From NCBI GenBank assembly GCA_965238005.1, contig OZ250165.1:1184001-1248000 (forward strand): 64,000 nucleotides of DNA, read 5' to 3'. The notes below the pieces were generated by a model. The model was not told where the DNA came from and did no database searches. It saw only the letters and a list, made by a program, of their open reading frames with translations. The stretch is from Longimicrobiales bacterium (GTDB lineage: Bacteria > Gemmatimonadota > Gemmatimonadetes > Longimicrobiales > Gaopeijiaceae). Shown here piece after piece: positions 9,644-19,657 of the stretch (within the stretch, counting starts at the first letter, position 1; each line of letters begins with the position of its first letter). The position numbers were made by a program, and so were the translations under genes.

Positions 9644-10189
9644 CCATCCGAACGTTCCGGCAGTCAAGAGTGCGTACACCAGCCCGTCGAACATCGACTT
9701 GAGGGTCGCGCCCCAGTTTCGGTGGTACCAGATCGAGTTCTGGGGCAGTGCCAGCGCATAACCCACGAATGCGGTGGTCCCCACGTACCGGAACACGGGC
9801 AGATATTCGGCCCCCGGCTCGACGGCGTGGCCTGCCACGTAGGCGGCGAAGATCCCAACGACGATGCAGTAGACGAACCACTGCGCCAGGCTCGCCCCCA
9901 GCTTGGGGACGCCGTTGGGGATGACGGTCAGGAAGGCATTGGTACCCTCGGTCGCCTTCTCGAGGAACTCGGGCTCGCCCATCGCCTTTGCGCTGCCGGC
10001 GTAGGGGATGACGTAGTCCCCGGGAGGGATGCTGGCACCCCGGAGCGCCTCCCGAACCCCGTCCTCCGACGGGACCTGCCCGAAGTCGCCCTTGTGGTAC
10101 GTCAAGAACATGTGGATGGCCGAGCTGGCGACTAACACGATCACGGCCGAGAGCAAGATGGGGATCCAGAGCGACATCAAGGGGACCAT
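9629..10189 (-). CDS. Hypothetical integral membrane protein
   Basis: AGGAGGT RBS; about four hydrophobic segments. Confidence 0.8.
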   Translation of the reverse strand: MVPLMSLWIPILLSAVIVLVASSAIHMFLTYHKGDFGQVPSEDGVREALRGASIPPGDYVIPYAGSAKAMGEPEFLEKATEGTNAFLTVIPNGVPKLGASLAQWFVYCIVVGIFAAYVAGHAVEPGAEYLPVFRYVGTTAFVGYALALPQNSIWYHRNWGATLKSMFDGLVYALLTAGTFGWLWPS

Positions 10190-10401
10190 GGTGACCTCCT
10201 GGAGCTGGATGGACGCTTCCGCACCTCCCGCTGGATTCATAGGCAAGGTGTGAGTGCGTCAGGGTGATGGCAAGGTGCCGAAAGCGTGTGTCGCGAGGCC
10301 CACCAGACTTGTGCAAAGGTTCCCTATGGGAGCGCGGCTACGGCGAACGACTCTCCCTGCTGCGGTGTCGCTGTGGGCGGAGCATGCGGAGAGCTCGTCG
10401 A

Positions 10402-10953
10402 TCAGAGAGCCGAAAGCCAGGGCGAGTTCAGGACGTGAAGGACCAACACCGTCACCACCACACCGAGGGCCCTCCCTCCGAAGGAGCGGCTTTCTCGGGA
10501 ACGCTTCCAGTAGTAGCCGAGACATGCTCCGATCAAAGCCAGCTCGACGAACCACCACCCGGTGGGCAGGGATCTCCACAGGCCCAGGCCGAGGTGCACG
10601 TCGGAGCCCGGCCACAGTGCGAGATCCGCGGGATGCATCACTAAGTCCAGCACGAAGTGCGAAAAGACAGCGAGGCCTGTGACCCAAGCCACCGTTCGCC
10701 CCCATCTGAGAAAGAGGAGGGCGAACAGGAAGGACCACACCACCGACGTCAACAGCGAGTGGGACCAATCGATGTGGTCCAGTGAGAAGCCCGGCGACTG
10801 CCCGGGCGTAATGGATACCTGCTCTATGCCGGCCAGAACCAAGGGGCCGAAGAGGATGTCCAGCGCTCCAACGCCCAGCAAAATCCCCCACGTGGGAGCG
10901 CTCGCCACGCGGCCCTTCAGGGCCAGGCCCGCCGCGAAGTGTCCAGCATACAT
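10402..10953 (-). CDS. Membrane-bound metal-dependent hydrolase (YdjM-like)
   Basis: GHF...LD...WSHSL...SHFVLD..MH pattern with transmembrane helices; GGAGGG RBS. Confidence 0.75.
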   Translation of the reverse strand: MYAGHFAAGLALKGRVASAPTWGILLGVGALDILFGPLVLAGIEQVSITPGQSPGFSLDHIDWSHSLLTSVVWSFLFALLFLRWGRTVAWVTGLAVFSHFVLDLVMHPADLALWPGSDVHLGLGLWRSLPTGWWFVELALIGACLGYYWKRSRESRSFGGRALGVVVTVLVLHVLNSPWLSAL

Positions 10954-10954
10954 G

Positions 10955-11059
10955 TCAGTCGCCCTCCTCGGTGCCCCGGGGCCGGTCGAACCAGGCCAGG
11001 ATTGGCACCGGAAGGAGGAAGGAGACCAGCGCGAAGATGGCAAATGCGAGTGGTGTCAT
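10955..11059 (-). CDS. Small single-TM protein (34 aa)
   Basis: MTPLAFAIFALVSFLLPVPILAWFDRPRGTEEGD; GAGGA RBS; fills the gap between two co-oriented genes. Confidence 0.45.
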   Translation of the reverse strand: MTPLAFAIFALVSFLLPVPILAWFDRPRGTEEGD

Positions 11060-11070
11060 GAGATCATTCC

Positions 11071-11532
11071 TCAGATCCAGCGACGCGTCCGCCGGCGGTA
11101 CGCCCGATACTCGTCGCCGAACACCTGCTCCATCATCTGCTCTTCGTGGACGATGAACCGGCTCGTGATCAGCCAGATGAAAAGCGGGATGACAGGGAGG
11201 GGCCATACCGTGCCCAGGAGTATGGCGCACCCGAAGAGCACGACGACCATTCCCAGGTACATGGGGTTTCGCGATAGCCGAAACGGACCGCTGGTGACCA
11301 GGGCCGTCGACGGCTCGAAGGGCTTTATGGTCGTCCCACTCCGCCGGAAGAGCTCAGAAGAGACGACCGCGAGAATGAGGCCGACGAGGACGAAGAGTCC
11401 GCCGGCGTATGTGGCCGGACGCTCGAGCCAGCGAAGCTCGGGCAGAAGGAAGTGCAGGCCGGCGAGCGCCAGGAGTGCCGCCAGGAAGTACACCGGAGGG
11501 TAGACTCGGTGGGGGGCTTCAGGCGCTCCCAT
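11071..11532 (-). CDS. Isoprenylcysteine carboxylmethyltransferase/PEMT family membrane protein
   Basis: LVTSGPFRLSRNPMYLG and EEQMMEQVFGDEYRAY motifs. Confidence 0.9.
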   Translation of the reverse strand: MGAPEAPHRVYPPVYFLAALLALAGLHFLLPELRWLERPATYAGGLFVLVGLILAVVSSELFRRSGTTIKPFEPSTALVTSGPFRLSRNPMYLGMVVVLFGCAILLGTVWPLPVIPLFIWLITSRFIVHEEQMMEQVFGDEYRAYRRRTRRWI

Positions 11533-12457
11533 CGTCGCGCGAGCCCTGGGGTTGCGGGGTGAGAATCTGATACCCGCTCGAGGCGGTCTCCTGGGCATAC
11601 AGCTCCGAGAGCAGCTCCGTCATGGGTCCGATCGCCCCGCTGCCAATGGTCCGCCCGTCCAACGTCGTAACCGCCACCAGCTCTCCCATGGTCCCCGTAC
11701 AGAACATCTCGTCCGCGGCGTAGGCTTCAGTGAGAGAGACCCTCCGGACCTCGTGCTCGATTCCGTTGGCCGCACAGAGGTCCAGCACCGTCTGCCGGGT
11801 GATCCCCTCCGGGCAGGCCTCGGTGGTGCCGGTGAACACCTTGTCGCGCCTCACGAAGAACACGTGGGTGCCGTGGGCCTCGGCGATGAAGCCGCTCTTG
11901 TCGAGCATCAGGGCCTGGTCGGCTCCAGCGTGATTGGCCTCGATCTTCGCGAGGATCGATTGGATCAGGTTGTTGTGGTGGATCTTGGGATCCAGGCAGT
12001 CGGGTGGAAAGCGGCGCATGGAGCTGGTGACGAACGACAAGCCACCGCGGTCGTATACTGGGGCTTTGAACTCGGCGAGGACGATGAGCGTGTGGCCCGA
12101 CTGGTTCAATCGGGGATCCATCCCGGACGTGTTCTTCACGCCGCGTGTGAGGGTGAGGCGCACATGAACGCCGTCCACCATGCCATTGGCCTCGAGGGTG
12201 CGACGGATCTCGTGGATGATGTGTTCGTGGGACGGGATCTCGGTGAACGCCAGCGCCTTCGCCGAGTCCTGTAGGCGGTCCAAGTGCTCGACCAGCCGGA
12301 ATATGCGTCCCTCGTAGAGCCGGAGGCCTTCCCATACGCCGTCACCGCCCTGTACGACGCTGTCGAACGGGCTGACGCCGGCCCGATCGCGATGGACGAG
12401 CTCACCGTTGATGTTGACGATGAGATCCCGGTTCCGCTCATCAAACTTCTGAAGGAT
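11519..12457 (-). CDS. Class IV (branched-chain/D-amino acid) aminotransferase; start position reads ATC
   Basis: The frame stays open upstream of the called ORF: ILQKFDERNRDLIVNING...GDGVWEGLRLY...EHLDRL, then KIHHNNL, EGITR and GTMGE. GAGGGGG RBS precedes ATC ATC. Confidence 0.85.
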   Translation of the reverse strand: MLQKFDERNRDLIVNINGELVHRDRAGVSPFDSVVQGGDGVWEGLRLYEGRIFRLVEHLDRLQDSAKALAFTEIPSHEHIIHEIRRTLEANGMVDGVHVRLTLTRGVKNTSGMDPRLNQSGHTLIVLAEFKAPVYDRGGLSFVTSSMRRFPPDCLDPKIHHNNLIQSILAKIEANHAGADQALMLDKSGFIAEAHGTHVFFVRRDKVFTGTTEACPEGITRQTVLDLCAANGIEHEVRRVSLTEAYAADEMFCTGTMGELVAVTTLDGRTIGSGAIGPMTELLSELYAQETASSGYQILTPQPQGSRDDGSA

Positions 12458-13811
12458 GATTCCCCCTCTTTTTCGAGAGCCAGATAAAGCTAATCGGTAG
12501 GCCGGTGGCCACGAAGGCGAAGTCGACCAAAGATTTCTCCCACTCGAAGACGGCCCGTAGCACCAGGAGTCCCACGATCCCGATCAGGTAAACGATCGGG
12601 AGCAACGGATAGAGGGGCATCCGGAACGCGCCTTCGCTGCCGATCTCCTTTCGGCGCAGCTTGAACAGAGCTAGCGTCGTCATTGTGTAGAAGATGAGGA
12701 TCGCGAAGACCATGCCCGCTGCGATGGATTCGAAGGAGCCGCGAACCACCAGGATCACCGACGCCCACACACAGTGGATGATGATGGCCCGGGACGGCGT
12801 TCTGAAGTCCGGATGCACGTAGTCGAGCCAGCGGAAGAAGAGCCCGTCGCGGGCCATGGCGAAGTAGACACGCGTTGCCGACATCATGGTCCCGTTGATG
12901 CTCCCGATGGCGGATATGATGGCCATCAGTGCCACGACGATCGCGCCCATGGAGCCCACGAGGACGGTCGCCACGTCCACGGCCGGCGTGACGGTAGTCC
13001 GTACCCCCTCCATACCGAGTGTGTAGTGGTAGACGATGTTGAGGGACCAGTAGAGCCCGAGAACGATGCCGATTCCGATCAGCATGGTCCGTGGAATGAC
13101 CTTCCGGGGGTCTTTCATCTCGCCGGCCAGGTAGCCCACCCTGTCCCATCCCGTATGCGTAAAGATGATCAGCATCAGGGCCGCGATCACGTTGCCCGTC
13201 GGGCCCAGGCCGGTGGTGGGGGACAGATACGTTCCCAGGAGGTTGGGCACCCCACTCATGAGGGCCACGCCCACCGCGGCGAAGAGAGCGAGGAAGCCCA
13301 CCTTGATGACCGTCGTGATCTTCTGGAAGAGGCTCGCCCAGTTGATGCCCACGTAGTTGAAGACCCCCAGGGCGGCGATGATGCCCAGGGCCACGGCCGT
13401 GTGCGCCCGCGGGCTCAGCTCCGTGAGCACCCCTACGTAGTCGGCCGCGATGATGGCGAGTCCCGCCGCCGGGCTCGTCCGGATGATGAAGAGCTGGGCC
13501 CAGCCGAACATGAAGCCGGCGAAAGGCCCGAAGCAGCGCGTGATGTAGACGTACTCTCCGCCCGTGGTGGGCAGTCGCGAGCCCAGCTCGGCGTAGATGA
13601 GTCCGCCGATCATCACGAATACGCCCACGGCGAGCCAGACCGTCAGGACCGACGCGAACGAATCGAAGTAGGCGGCGATGAGGGATGGCGTCGTGTAGAT
13701 CCCGGAGCCGATGACGATGCCGACCAGCAGGGCGACCCCGTCGAACGTGCCCAATGACCGCCGGAGCTGGGGCTGGGAGGTTCCGGCTTGGGATTGGTCC
13801 GTGCCCCTCAC
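12441..13811 (-). CDS. APC family amino acid permease
   Basis: GIVIGSGIY, YAELGSRLPTTGGEYVY and RVYFAMARDGLF motifs; many TM helices. Confidence 0.93.
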   Translation of the reverse strand: MRGTDQSQAGTSQPQLRRSLGTFDGVALLVGIVIGSGIYTTPSLIAAYFDSFASVLTVWLAVGVFVMIGGLIYAELGSRLPTTGGEYVYITRCFGPFAGFMFGWAQLFIIRTSPAAGLAIIAADYVGVLTELSPRAHTAVALGIIAALGVFNYVGINWASLFQKITTVIKVGFLALFAAVGVALMSGVPNLLGTYLSPTTGLGPTGNVIAALMLIIFTHTGWDRVGYLAGEMKDPRKVIPRTMLIGIGIVLGLYWSLNIVYHYTLGMEGVRTTVTPAVDVATVLVGSMGAIVVALMAIISAIGSINGTMMSATRVYFAMARDGLFFRWLDYVHPDFRTPSRAIIIHCVWASVILVVRGSFESIAAGMVFAILIFYTMTTLALFKLRRKEIGSEGAFRMPLYPLLPIVYLIGIVGLLVLRAVFEWEKSLVDFAFVATGLPISFIWLSKKRGNHPSEV

Positions 13812-14502
13812 TCGAGCTCTCGAGCCATGTGCAGGATTGAGGGTAGATCGGCAACGGATCCGATGATCGCGTCGTGGGGTGCCTGCGGGAGGATCTCCTC
13901 CCCATGGGCCCCGGACGGCACGCCCACGGCGTACCCCACTCCGGCCCGTCGGGCCGCGTGCAGGTCCGCTGTCGTGTCGCCGACTGCTACGACGCGTGCC
14001 ACGTCCTGTGTCATCGTTTTGCGCATGGCTTCGAGTATCAGATCTGGAGCCGGTCTGCCCTCCTCCACGTCGTCATGGCAGATCACGGCGTCGAAGGTAT
14101 CGGTCCACCCGACGCGTGCCAGGAGTAGCTGCACGAGCTCGGGTCGAACCCGGTGGTCAGTGCGATGGCGACTCCTGGCGCGCGGAGCCATTCGAACGTG
14201 CTGTCGACTCCTTCGATGGGGCGGACTTCAGCGGTTGGGTAGCTCGTCAGGAGCCTCTCCTTGAACGTGGGGAAGATCGCGTCGCCGGTTGCGGTGACGG
14301 CCGCCGGATCTCGAGCCGGTGCCAAGCTGGCGAGGAGCTCCTGGATCGCCTTCCGCCTCGGCACGCCGCACACGCCTCTGATGTGATCGTCACGAACGTA
14401 GAGATCCGCCGCGGCGAAGGCAGAGCGGAAGGCCTCCGGAACTTGATCTGTGACGTTCAGAGTGGTGCCTGCTACATCAAAGGCGACCAACTCGAAGTCA
14501 TT
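13808..14502 (-). pseudogene. Phosphonatase-like HAD hydrolase, frameshifted
   Basis: FDVAGTT and LTTGF lie in one frame; GRPAPDLI and VGDTTADL lie in another. The shift is near 14140. Confidence 0.75.
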
Positions 14503-14558
14503 CGCCGCGCCAGGTTCTGTCCGCCTACTTCCGGAAAGAGCCGGCCCACCGCTCGAGG

Positions 14559-16271
14559 TCAGTTCATCCCGCCCCTGTACATGACCTCCCCACCCACGAT
14601 CGTGTAGGCGATCTCGGTGGAGGGGATCTCGTTCTCCGGAATCGTCATGATGTCTTTGGTGAGCACCGTAACGTCAGCGAGCTTGCCCACCTCCAGCGAC
14701 CCCTTGATGTCTTCCTCGAAGCCCGCCCACGCCACGTTGATGGTGTAGGACTTGAGGGCCTCCATACGGCTCATGCGCTGCTCGGGATAGAAGACCTCAC
14801 CGTTGTTCATCATACGCGACACTGTGGCGTAATAGCTCGCCAGGGGGTCGACGTCCTCGACTGGCGCGTCCGTTCCGTTGGTCACCACGGCACCTGCCTG
14901 CATGAGGTCCTGCCACACGTAGGCTCCCGACTCGGCCCGCTCTTCACCGAGCCGCGGGATGACCCAGGGTCCGTCCGAGGTGGCGTGGACGCCCTGCATG
15001 GACGCGATCACGCCCAAGGCTCCGAACCGGGGAACGTCCTCCGGGTCCAGGTGCTGGGCGTGCTCCACGCGCCAGCGTAGGTCCTCCTGGTCCGGATTCT
15101 CCTCGAAGGCCTCCTCGAAGATGTCCAGGACGACGCGGTTGCCGCGATCGCCGATGGCGTGCACGCCGAGCTGGAAGCCGTGTTCCATGGCGAGGGCGGC
15201 CGTCTCATAGATGCCCTCGATGTCGCGGGGGAGTCCGTTGGTCTCCGGAAGGTCGTCATACGGCTCGAGTAGCCACGCTCCGTGCGAGCCCAGGGCACCA
15301 TCGATGCTCCGCTTGATGGCACGAACCGTGAGGCGATCGTCGCCGGCACCCATGATCTTGTAGTCCGGCAGCCGCTCGGCCAGCTGTGCGTTGGACGCGC
15401 GAAGCATGATCCAGAGCCGGATCTTCAGGCTTCCGTCCTCGGCCATCTCGCGGAGGACGTCCACAGTCTCGAAGCCCGAGCCGGCGTCCTGGAAGGACGT
15501 GAGCCCCTTGGCCAGAGCCTCTTCCTGCGCCAGCTCCACCACTCGCCTCGGATCGGCGGGGACGCCGCCCTCCTGCGCCGGACCGAGCAACCTGCTGGCA
15601 CTCTCCCGGAACGCTCCGATGGGGTTCCCCTCAGCGTCTCGGACGATCTGGCCGCTGTCCGGGTCGCGAGTGCTGGCGTCGATGCCCGACATCTCCATCG
15701 CCTTGGCGTTGGCGTAGCTGGCGTGGCCACTCGCGTGTTGGAGCACCACGGGGTTGTCCGGCGAGACCGCGCTCAGGGAGTGGTGGAAGGGAAGACCGTC
15801 TACGTTGGGCTCCGGCATCTTGTCCCACTTCTCCTGATGCCACCCGCGGCCGCGGATGAGCTCGCCGGGCTCGGCCTGGGCCACCTCCTCTTCGACCATG
15901 GCCACGATCTCGTCCCAGTTGGCCACATCCATCAGGTTGAGCTGCAGGTTGGCGTTTCCAACGCCCATGAAGTGTCCGTGCCCTTCGATGAGCCCTGGGA
16001 TGGCGGTCATGCCTTCGAGGTCGATCACTTCGGTGTCGGACCCGATGTACTCCTCGATGTCGGCGTCGCTGCCGAGGGCGACGATCCGGCCGTCCTTCGC
16101 TGCCAGCGCCTGCGCCTCCGGATTCGTGTCGTCCACCGTCACTATATTGCCGTTGCGCAGCACGAGGTCGGCGGCGTCGCCGGATCCGGCGTCACACCCC
16201 GTGAGAACGGCCAAAGTGGCCACGAGTGTGCCACCGAGTAGGAGCCTTGGCGCTGTGGAAATCGAGAACAT
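14559..16271 (-). CDS. YtcJ-like amidohydrolase, lipoprotein
   Basis: Lipobox LTGC; PGLIEGHGH, DGALGSHGA, HAIGDRGN, RVEHAQ and GTDAPVE motifs. Confidence 0.93.
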   Translation of the reverse strand: MFSISTAPRLLLGGTLVATLAVLTGCDAGSGDAADLVLRNGNIVTVDDTNPEAQALAAKDGRIVALGSDADIEEYIGSDTEVIDLEGMTAIPGLIEGHGHFMGVGNANLQLNLMDVANWDEIVAMVEEEVAQAEPGELIRGRGWHQEKWDKMPEPNVDGLPFHHSLSAVSPDNPVVLQHASGHASYANAKAMEMSGIDASTRDPDSGQIVRDAEGNPIGAFRESASRLLGPAQEGGVPADPRRVVELAQEEALAKGLTSFQDAGSGFETVDVLREMAEDGSLKIRLWIMLRASNAQLAERLPDYKIMGAGDDRLTVRAIKRSIDGALGSHGAWLLEPYDDLPETNGLPRDIEGIYETAALAMEHGFQLGVHAIGDRGNRVVLDIFEEAFEENPDQEDLRWRVEHAQHLDPEDVPRFGALGVIASMQGVHATSDGPWVIPRLGEERAESGAYVWQDLMQAGAVVTNGTDAPVEDVDPLASYYATVSRMMNNGEVFYPEQRMSRMEALKSYTINVAWAGFEEDIKGSLEVGKLADVTVLTKDIMTIPENEIPSTEIAYTIVGGEVMYRGGMN

Positions 16272-16350
16272 GAAGGCCTCCGGAATTTCGTTACTATCAT
16301 TGAGGACTCGCAGCCTAGGGGATGGCACCGTGTGAGGCAATGAGTAGGCC

Positions 16351-17529
16351 ATGTCAGATTCGTTCTACAGCCGTATCGAACCGGTCGACGACTTCGAGGC
16401 CCTCGTCCGCCCGTGGAGCTACGTGCCACTCCCGGAGGACTGGTCCGTAGTGGTGGCGGACATCGCGGATTCCACCGGCGCGATAGAGGCAGGGGACTAC
16501 AAAGCGGTGAACACTGTCGGTGTTTCCGTCATCGCCGCCACCGTAAACGTGCTCAGGCCTGTCGAGATCCCCTACATCTTCGGCGGGGATGGGGCGCGGA
16601 TGTGCATTCCCAGTCGTGCCGCCCCGGGCGTCGCCCGTGCCATGTCCGCCACCACCGCCATTGCGAAGGAGAGCTTCGGCCTGGAGCTGAGGGTCGCCGT
16701 CGTTCCGGTGGCTTACCTCAGAGAGCTTGGGCATGAGGTTCTCGTGGCACGCCATAGGGTTTCTCCACACTACTTCCAGTGTGCCCTTCATGGTGGAGGG
16801 GCGGAGTTCGCCGAGAGGAGCCTGAAGCGGGGAGAGCTCCCCGCCCAATTCCTGATCGAACCGGACCCGTCGGCCGAAGCCGACTACAGCGGCCTCGAGT
16901 GCAGGTGGGGGGAGATCCCCAGTCCGCTTGGCGAAACCGTGGCTGTGATCATCGACGCCACGACCGAAGCGGGTCGGACGCTGGAAGCGTACGGACCGAT
17001 CATGGATCGGATCCGGGCGATCTACGGGGACGCCGATCGGTGCCGGCCCGTCACCGAGGGCGGCCTTCGCGTCACCCTGTCCCGGGCGATTCTGGGCAAC
17101 GAGTCTCGACTGAAGAGGTGGCGGAACGGCCTGTTGGTGCGCATGGCTCACGGGCTGCTCCTGCGCGCCCAGGTGATTCTCGGCTGGTTCCTGCTCCGAT
17201 TCGGGGTACGGACCCGGGATGTCGACTGGGGCACGTACATGGGTGACCTGGTCTCCAACACCGACTTCCGCAAGTTCGACGGGTCCTTGCGGTTGGTCCT
17301 GGCAGGGGGCGCCGAGCAGCGGGAGGAACTCGAGGAGTACCTGAGCGGGCTACGGCGGCGGGGCGAGGTCTCGTTCGGGGTCCACATCGCTCACTCGGCA
17401 CTCATGACCTGTTTGATCGAGCACCGCCAGAGTGCTCACTTCCACTTCGTGGATGCGGCAGGGGGAGGATACGCGGCGGCCGCCCGGGCGTTGAAGGAGA
17501 GCGTCGCCGGAGGTGAGACGGATCAGTGA
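16351..17529 (+). CDS. DUF3095 family protein
   Basis: LPEDWSVVVADIADSTGAI.AG.YKAVN, FGGDGA, SGLECRW, DFRKFDG and HFHFVD motifs. Confidence 0.8.
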   Translation: MSDSFYSRIEPVDDFEALVRPWSYVPLPEDWSVVVADIADSTGAIEAGDYKAVNTVGVSVIAATVNVLRPVEIPYIFGGDGARMCIPSRAAPGVARAMSATTAIAKESFGLELRVAVVPVAYLRELGHEVLVARHRVSPHYFQCALHGGGAEFAERSLKRGELPAQFLIEPDPSAEADYSGLECRWGEIPSPLGETVAVIIDATTEAGRTLEAYGPIMDRIRAIYGDADRCRPVTEGGLRVTLSRAILGNESRLKRWRNGLLVRMAHGLLLRAQVILGWFLLRFGVRTRDVDWGTYMGDLVSNTDFRKFDGSLRLVLAGGAEQREELEEYLSGLRRRGEVSFGVHIAHSALMTCLIEHRQSAHFHFVDAAGGGYAAAARALKESVAGGETDQ

Positions 17530-17702
17530 GCCTGGGCCGCCACGAACAGGGAGCGCCGTAGCACGCCGGTCTGGATCCCTTCCTGCAGCTTCTCGAGCGT
17601 CTCCTGCTCTTCCTCATGCGCGTCGGGGCCACACGTCTCCAGGAGAGGACTGTCACAAGAGCGCCAGTCGATCGTTTAACTATGGAGGTAACGGAACACA
17701 CC

Positions 17703-18125
17703 ATGCTATCCAGTACGAATGACCGTAGATCCGCTCTGGCGCTGGGGTTCGCGGGAATCCTTTCTCTGCTTGCCTGCTCGGACCCCTTCCAGGTCTCCGA
17801 CTCGCTGGGCGAATGGGGCGGGGAGGGCGTGGCGGCTGTGATCGAGACCGGCTCCGCCAGCTTCGAGTTCGACTGTGCCCACGCCTGGGTCCCCGGAGGG
17901 CTCTCCTTCGACGAGGATGGATCGTTCGAGGTCTCGGGGATCTGGGTGCCCGAGGGTGGACCGGTCAGCAACGAAGATCCCCCGGACGAGCTCGAGGCCA
18001 TCTTCCGCGGGAGGATCGGCGGTGCGTCCATGAGCCTGGAAGTGGACATCATCCCGAGAGACCTGACGGCGGGTCCCTACCAGCTCCGGCGCGGTCAGAC
18101 CCCGGTCCTGCGCAAGTGCCTCTGA
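17703..18125 (+). CDS. Hypothetical lipoprotein
   Basis: Lipobox LLAC; EFDCAH and terminal KCL suggest a disulfide. Confidence 0.7.
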   Translation: MLSSTNDRRSALALGFAGILSLLACSDPFQVSDSLGEWGGEGVAAVIETGSASFEFDCAHAWVPGGLSFDEDGSFEVSGIWVPEGGPVSNEDPPDELEAIFRGRIGGASMSLEVDIIPRDLTAGPYQLRRGQTPVLRKCL

Positions 18126-18128
18126 GGA

Positions 18129-18700
18129 CTACTCCGCCCGCAACGCTTCCACAGGATCGAGGCGGCTCGCCCTTCTTCCGGGCAGGTAGCTGGCGACGAG
18201 GCCCACGGCACAGAGCACCAGAACCACGCTCCCCAGGATCATGGGGTCGGTGGGCTCCACCTGGTACAGCTGGCTCGTCAGCAGGCGGGTGAGCGCGAGG
18301 GCACCGGCCACACCGACGACGAGCCCGGCCATCACAAGCCTGAACGCCTCCGTGAGGATCTGCCGGAGCATGGCTCCCTGTCCGTCACCGAACGCCATCC
18401 GCACACCCAACTCGGTGGAGCGCTGGCTCACGCCGTAGGACATCACGCCGTAGACACCTACCGCCCACCACGCCGACGATGGTGATCCACCGGTCCGACG
18501 ACTCCATCGTGGTGCGCACTCTCAGCCCCAGTGGATCTTCACCGGGGAAGTGTCGGCGCGCGAAGGTGTTGCTCACCACGGCCACGGGCTCCGTGGTGGC
18601 TCGATCACGGTCTGTGAACCTACGGCCGTTGAGCACGGGGATCCGCATGGTGGAGAAGTACCTGGGCGTTACGATCCGCCAGTCGACCTGGCGGAAACGG
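18129..18700 (-). pseudogene. ADOP/MacB-type ABC permease remnant (periplasmic piece and C-terminal FtsX piece)
   Basis: VTPRYFSTMRIPVLNGRRF...FPGEDPLG...TIVGVVG jumps by deletion and frameshift to GVYGVMSYGVSQR..ELGVRMA...RRASRLDPVEALRAE. Confidence 0.8.
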
Positions 18701-18750
18701 AACACTAGGACCCCCTGGTGCCCGCGATGCGGGCCCATGGGATACGCCCG

Positions 18751-19560
18751 CTACGGGGATCGGCCGTCGAGGACCTTGAGCGAGAGCTCCGCCGACGCCC
18801 GGGCCGCACGCAGGACGGCTCGCCACTGGTGGTTTTGGAAGGCCTCTTGGGCTCTCGCGAGAAGCCGGCGAGCCTCGGCCAGAGTTGCCCTCTCGTCGTC
18901 CGTGGGGGCATCACCCACCGCCTCTGTGGCTGCACGGAATGCATGAGCCGCGTGGCGTAATGCCCGTCTGGCGAGGTGAGCGGGCGACAGGGCCCGAATG
19001 ATCTCCGCGGCGATCAGCGCGTGGGAGAGGGCGGCCACGGCTGAATCGGCGTTCGGGGCCGCCGCCAACTGTGTCCGGGCGTGCTCGAGGGCTCGCAGGA
19101 AGCGCTCGGGCACGTCGCGATCGGACACTCGCTCGTCCCAGTGGGCGATGGAGGCCTCGACGCCGGCAATGGCCTCCGCCGCGACGCCCGGACCCAACGC
19201 CGCGATGACCCCCTCGAGGGTGAAGCGGCGGGCCAGACGCAAGAAGCGGAGCGCCTCTGCCTCGTTACTGGCTTCGTGGGCTTCTCGGGCCGCCCTACGG
19301 GCTCGGAGAGCACGTCGGAAGGCGGTGGCGGCTTCGACCTGGGTGTCGTCGGACCTGACGACCTCGAGGGCCTCGTGGACCAGGGAGGGGAGGTGGGGAA
19401 GCCTGGCGTCCGTCGCCTCGACTACGGCGGTTGCTACCGCCTGCGCAGCGACCTCGTCCAGAGCTGCCGTGGGCTCGATCGGCTCCGCTGCCGTCTCGCC
19501 ACACCCCGACAGGGCGACCAAGGTCACCATGGAAAAGACGTATTGGACTCGCCGCCGCAT
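18751..19560 (-). CDS. Hypothetical Ala/Arg-rich helical lipoprotein
   Basis: Lipobox LSGC; GGAG RBS; repeated amphipathic helices. Confidence 0.7.
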   Translation of the reverse strand: MRRRVQYVFSMVTLVALSGCGETAAEPIEPTAALDEVAAQAVATAVVEATDARLPHLPSLVHEALEVVRSDDTQVEAATAFRRALRARRAAREAHEASNEAEALRFLRLARRFTLEGVIAALGPGVAAEAIAGVEASIAHWDERVSDRDVPERFLRALEHARTQLAAAPNADSAVAALSHALIAAEIIRALSPAHLARRALRHAAHAFRAATEAVGDAPTDDERATLAEARRLLARAQEAFQNHQWRAVLRAARASAELSLKVLDGRSP

Positions 19561-19657
19561 TGCTGCTCCCGGATCGAATGGCCCGCGCGGGTATCCCCAT
19601 TGTACCGACGGGGCCGGCTGCCGACAAAGAATTCCTCCGACGCCGGGGAACCGGCTC

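Noticed and set aside
3080..18700. The two ADOP permease remnants as halves of one gene split by an insertion
   Set aside because: Both are on the minus strand, but the N-terminal piece lies downstream of the C-terminal piece, so the order is wrong.
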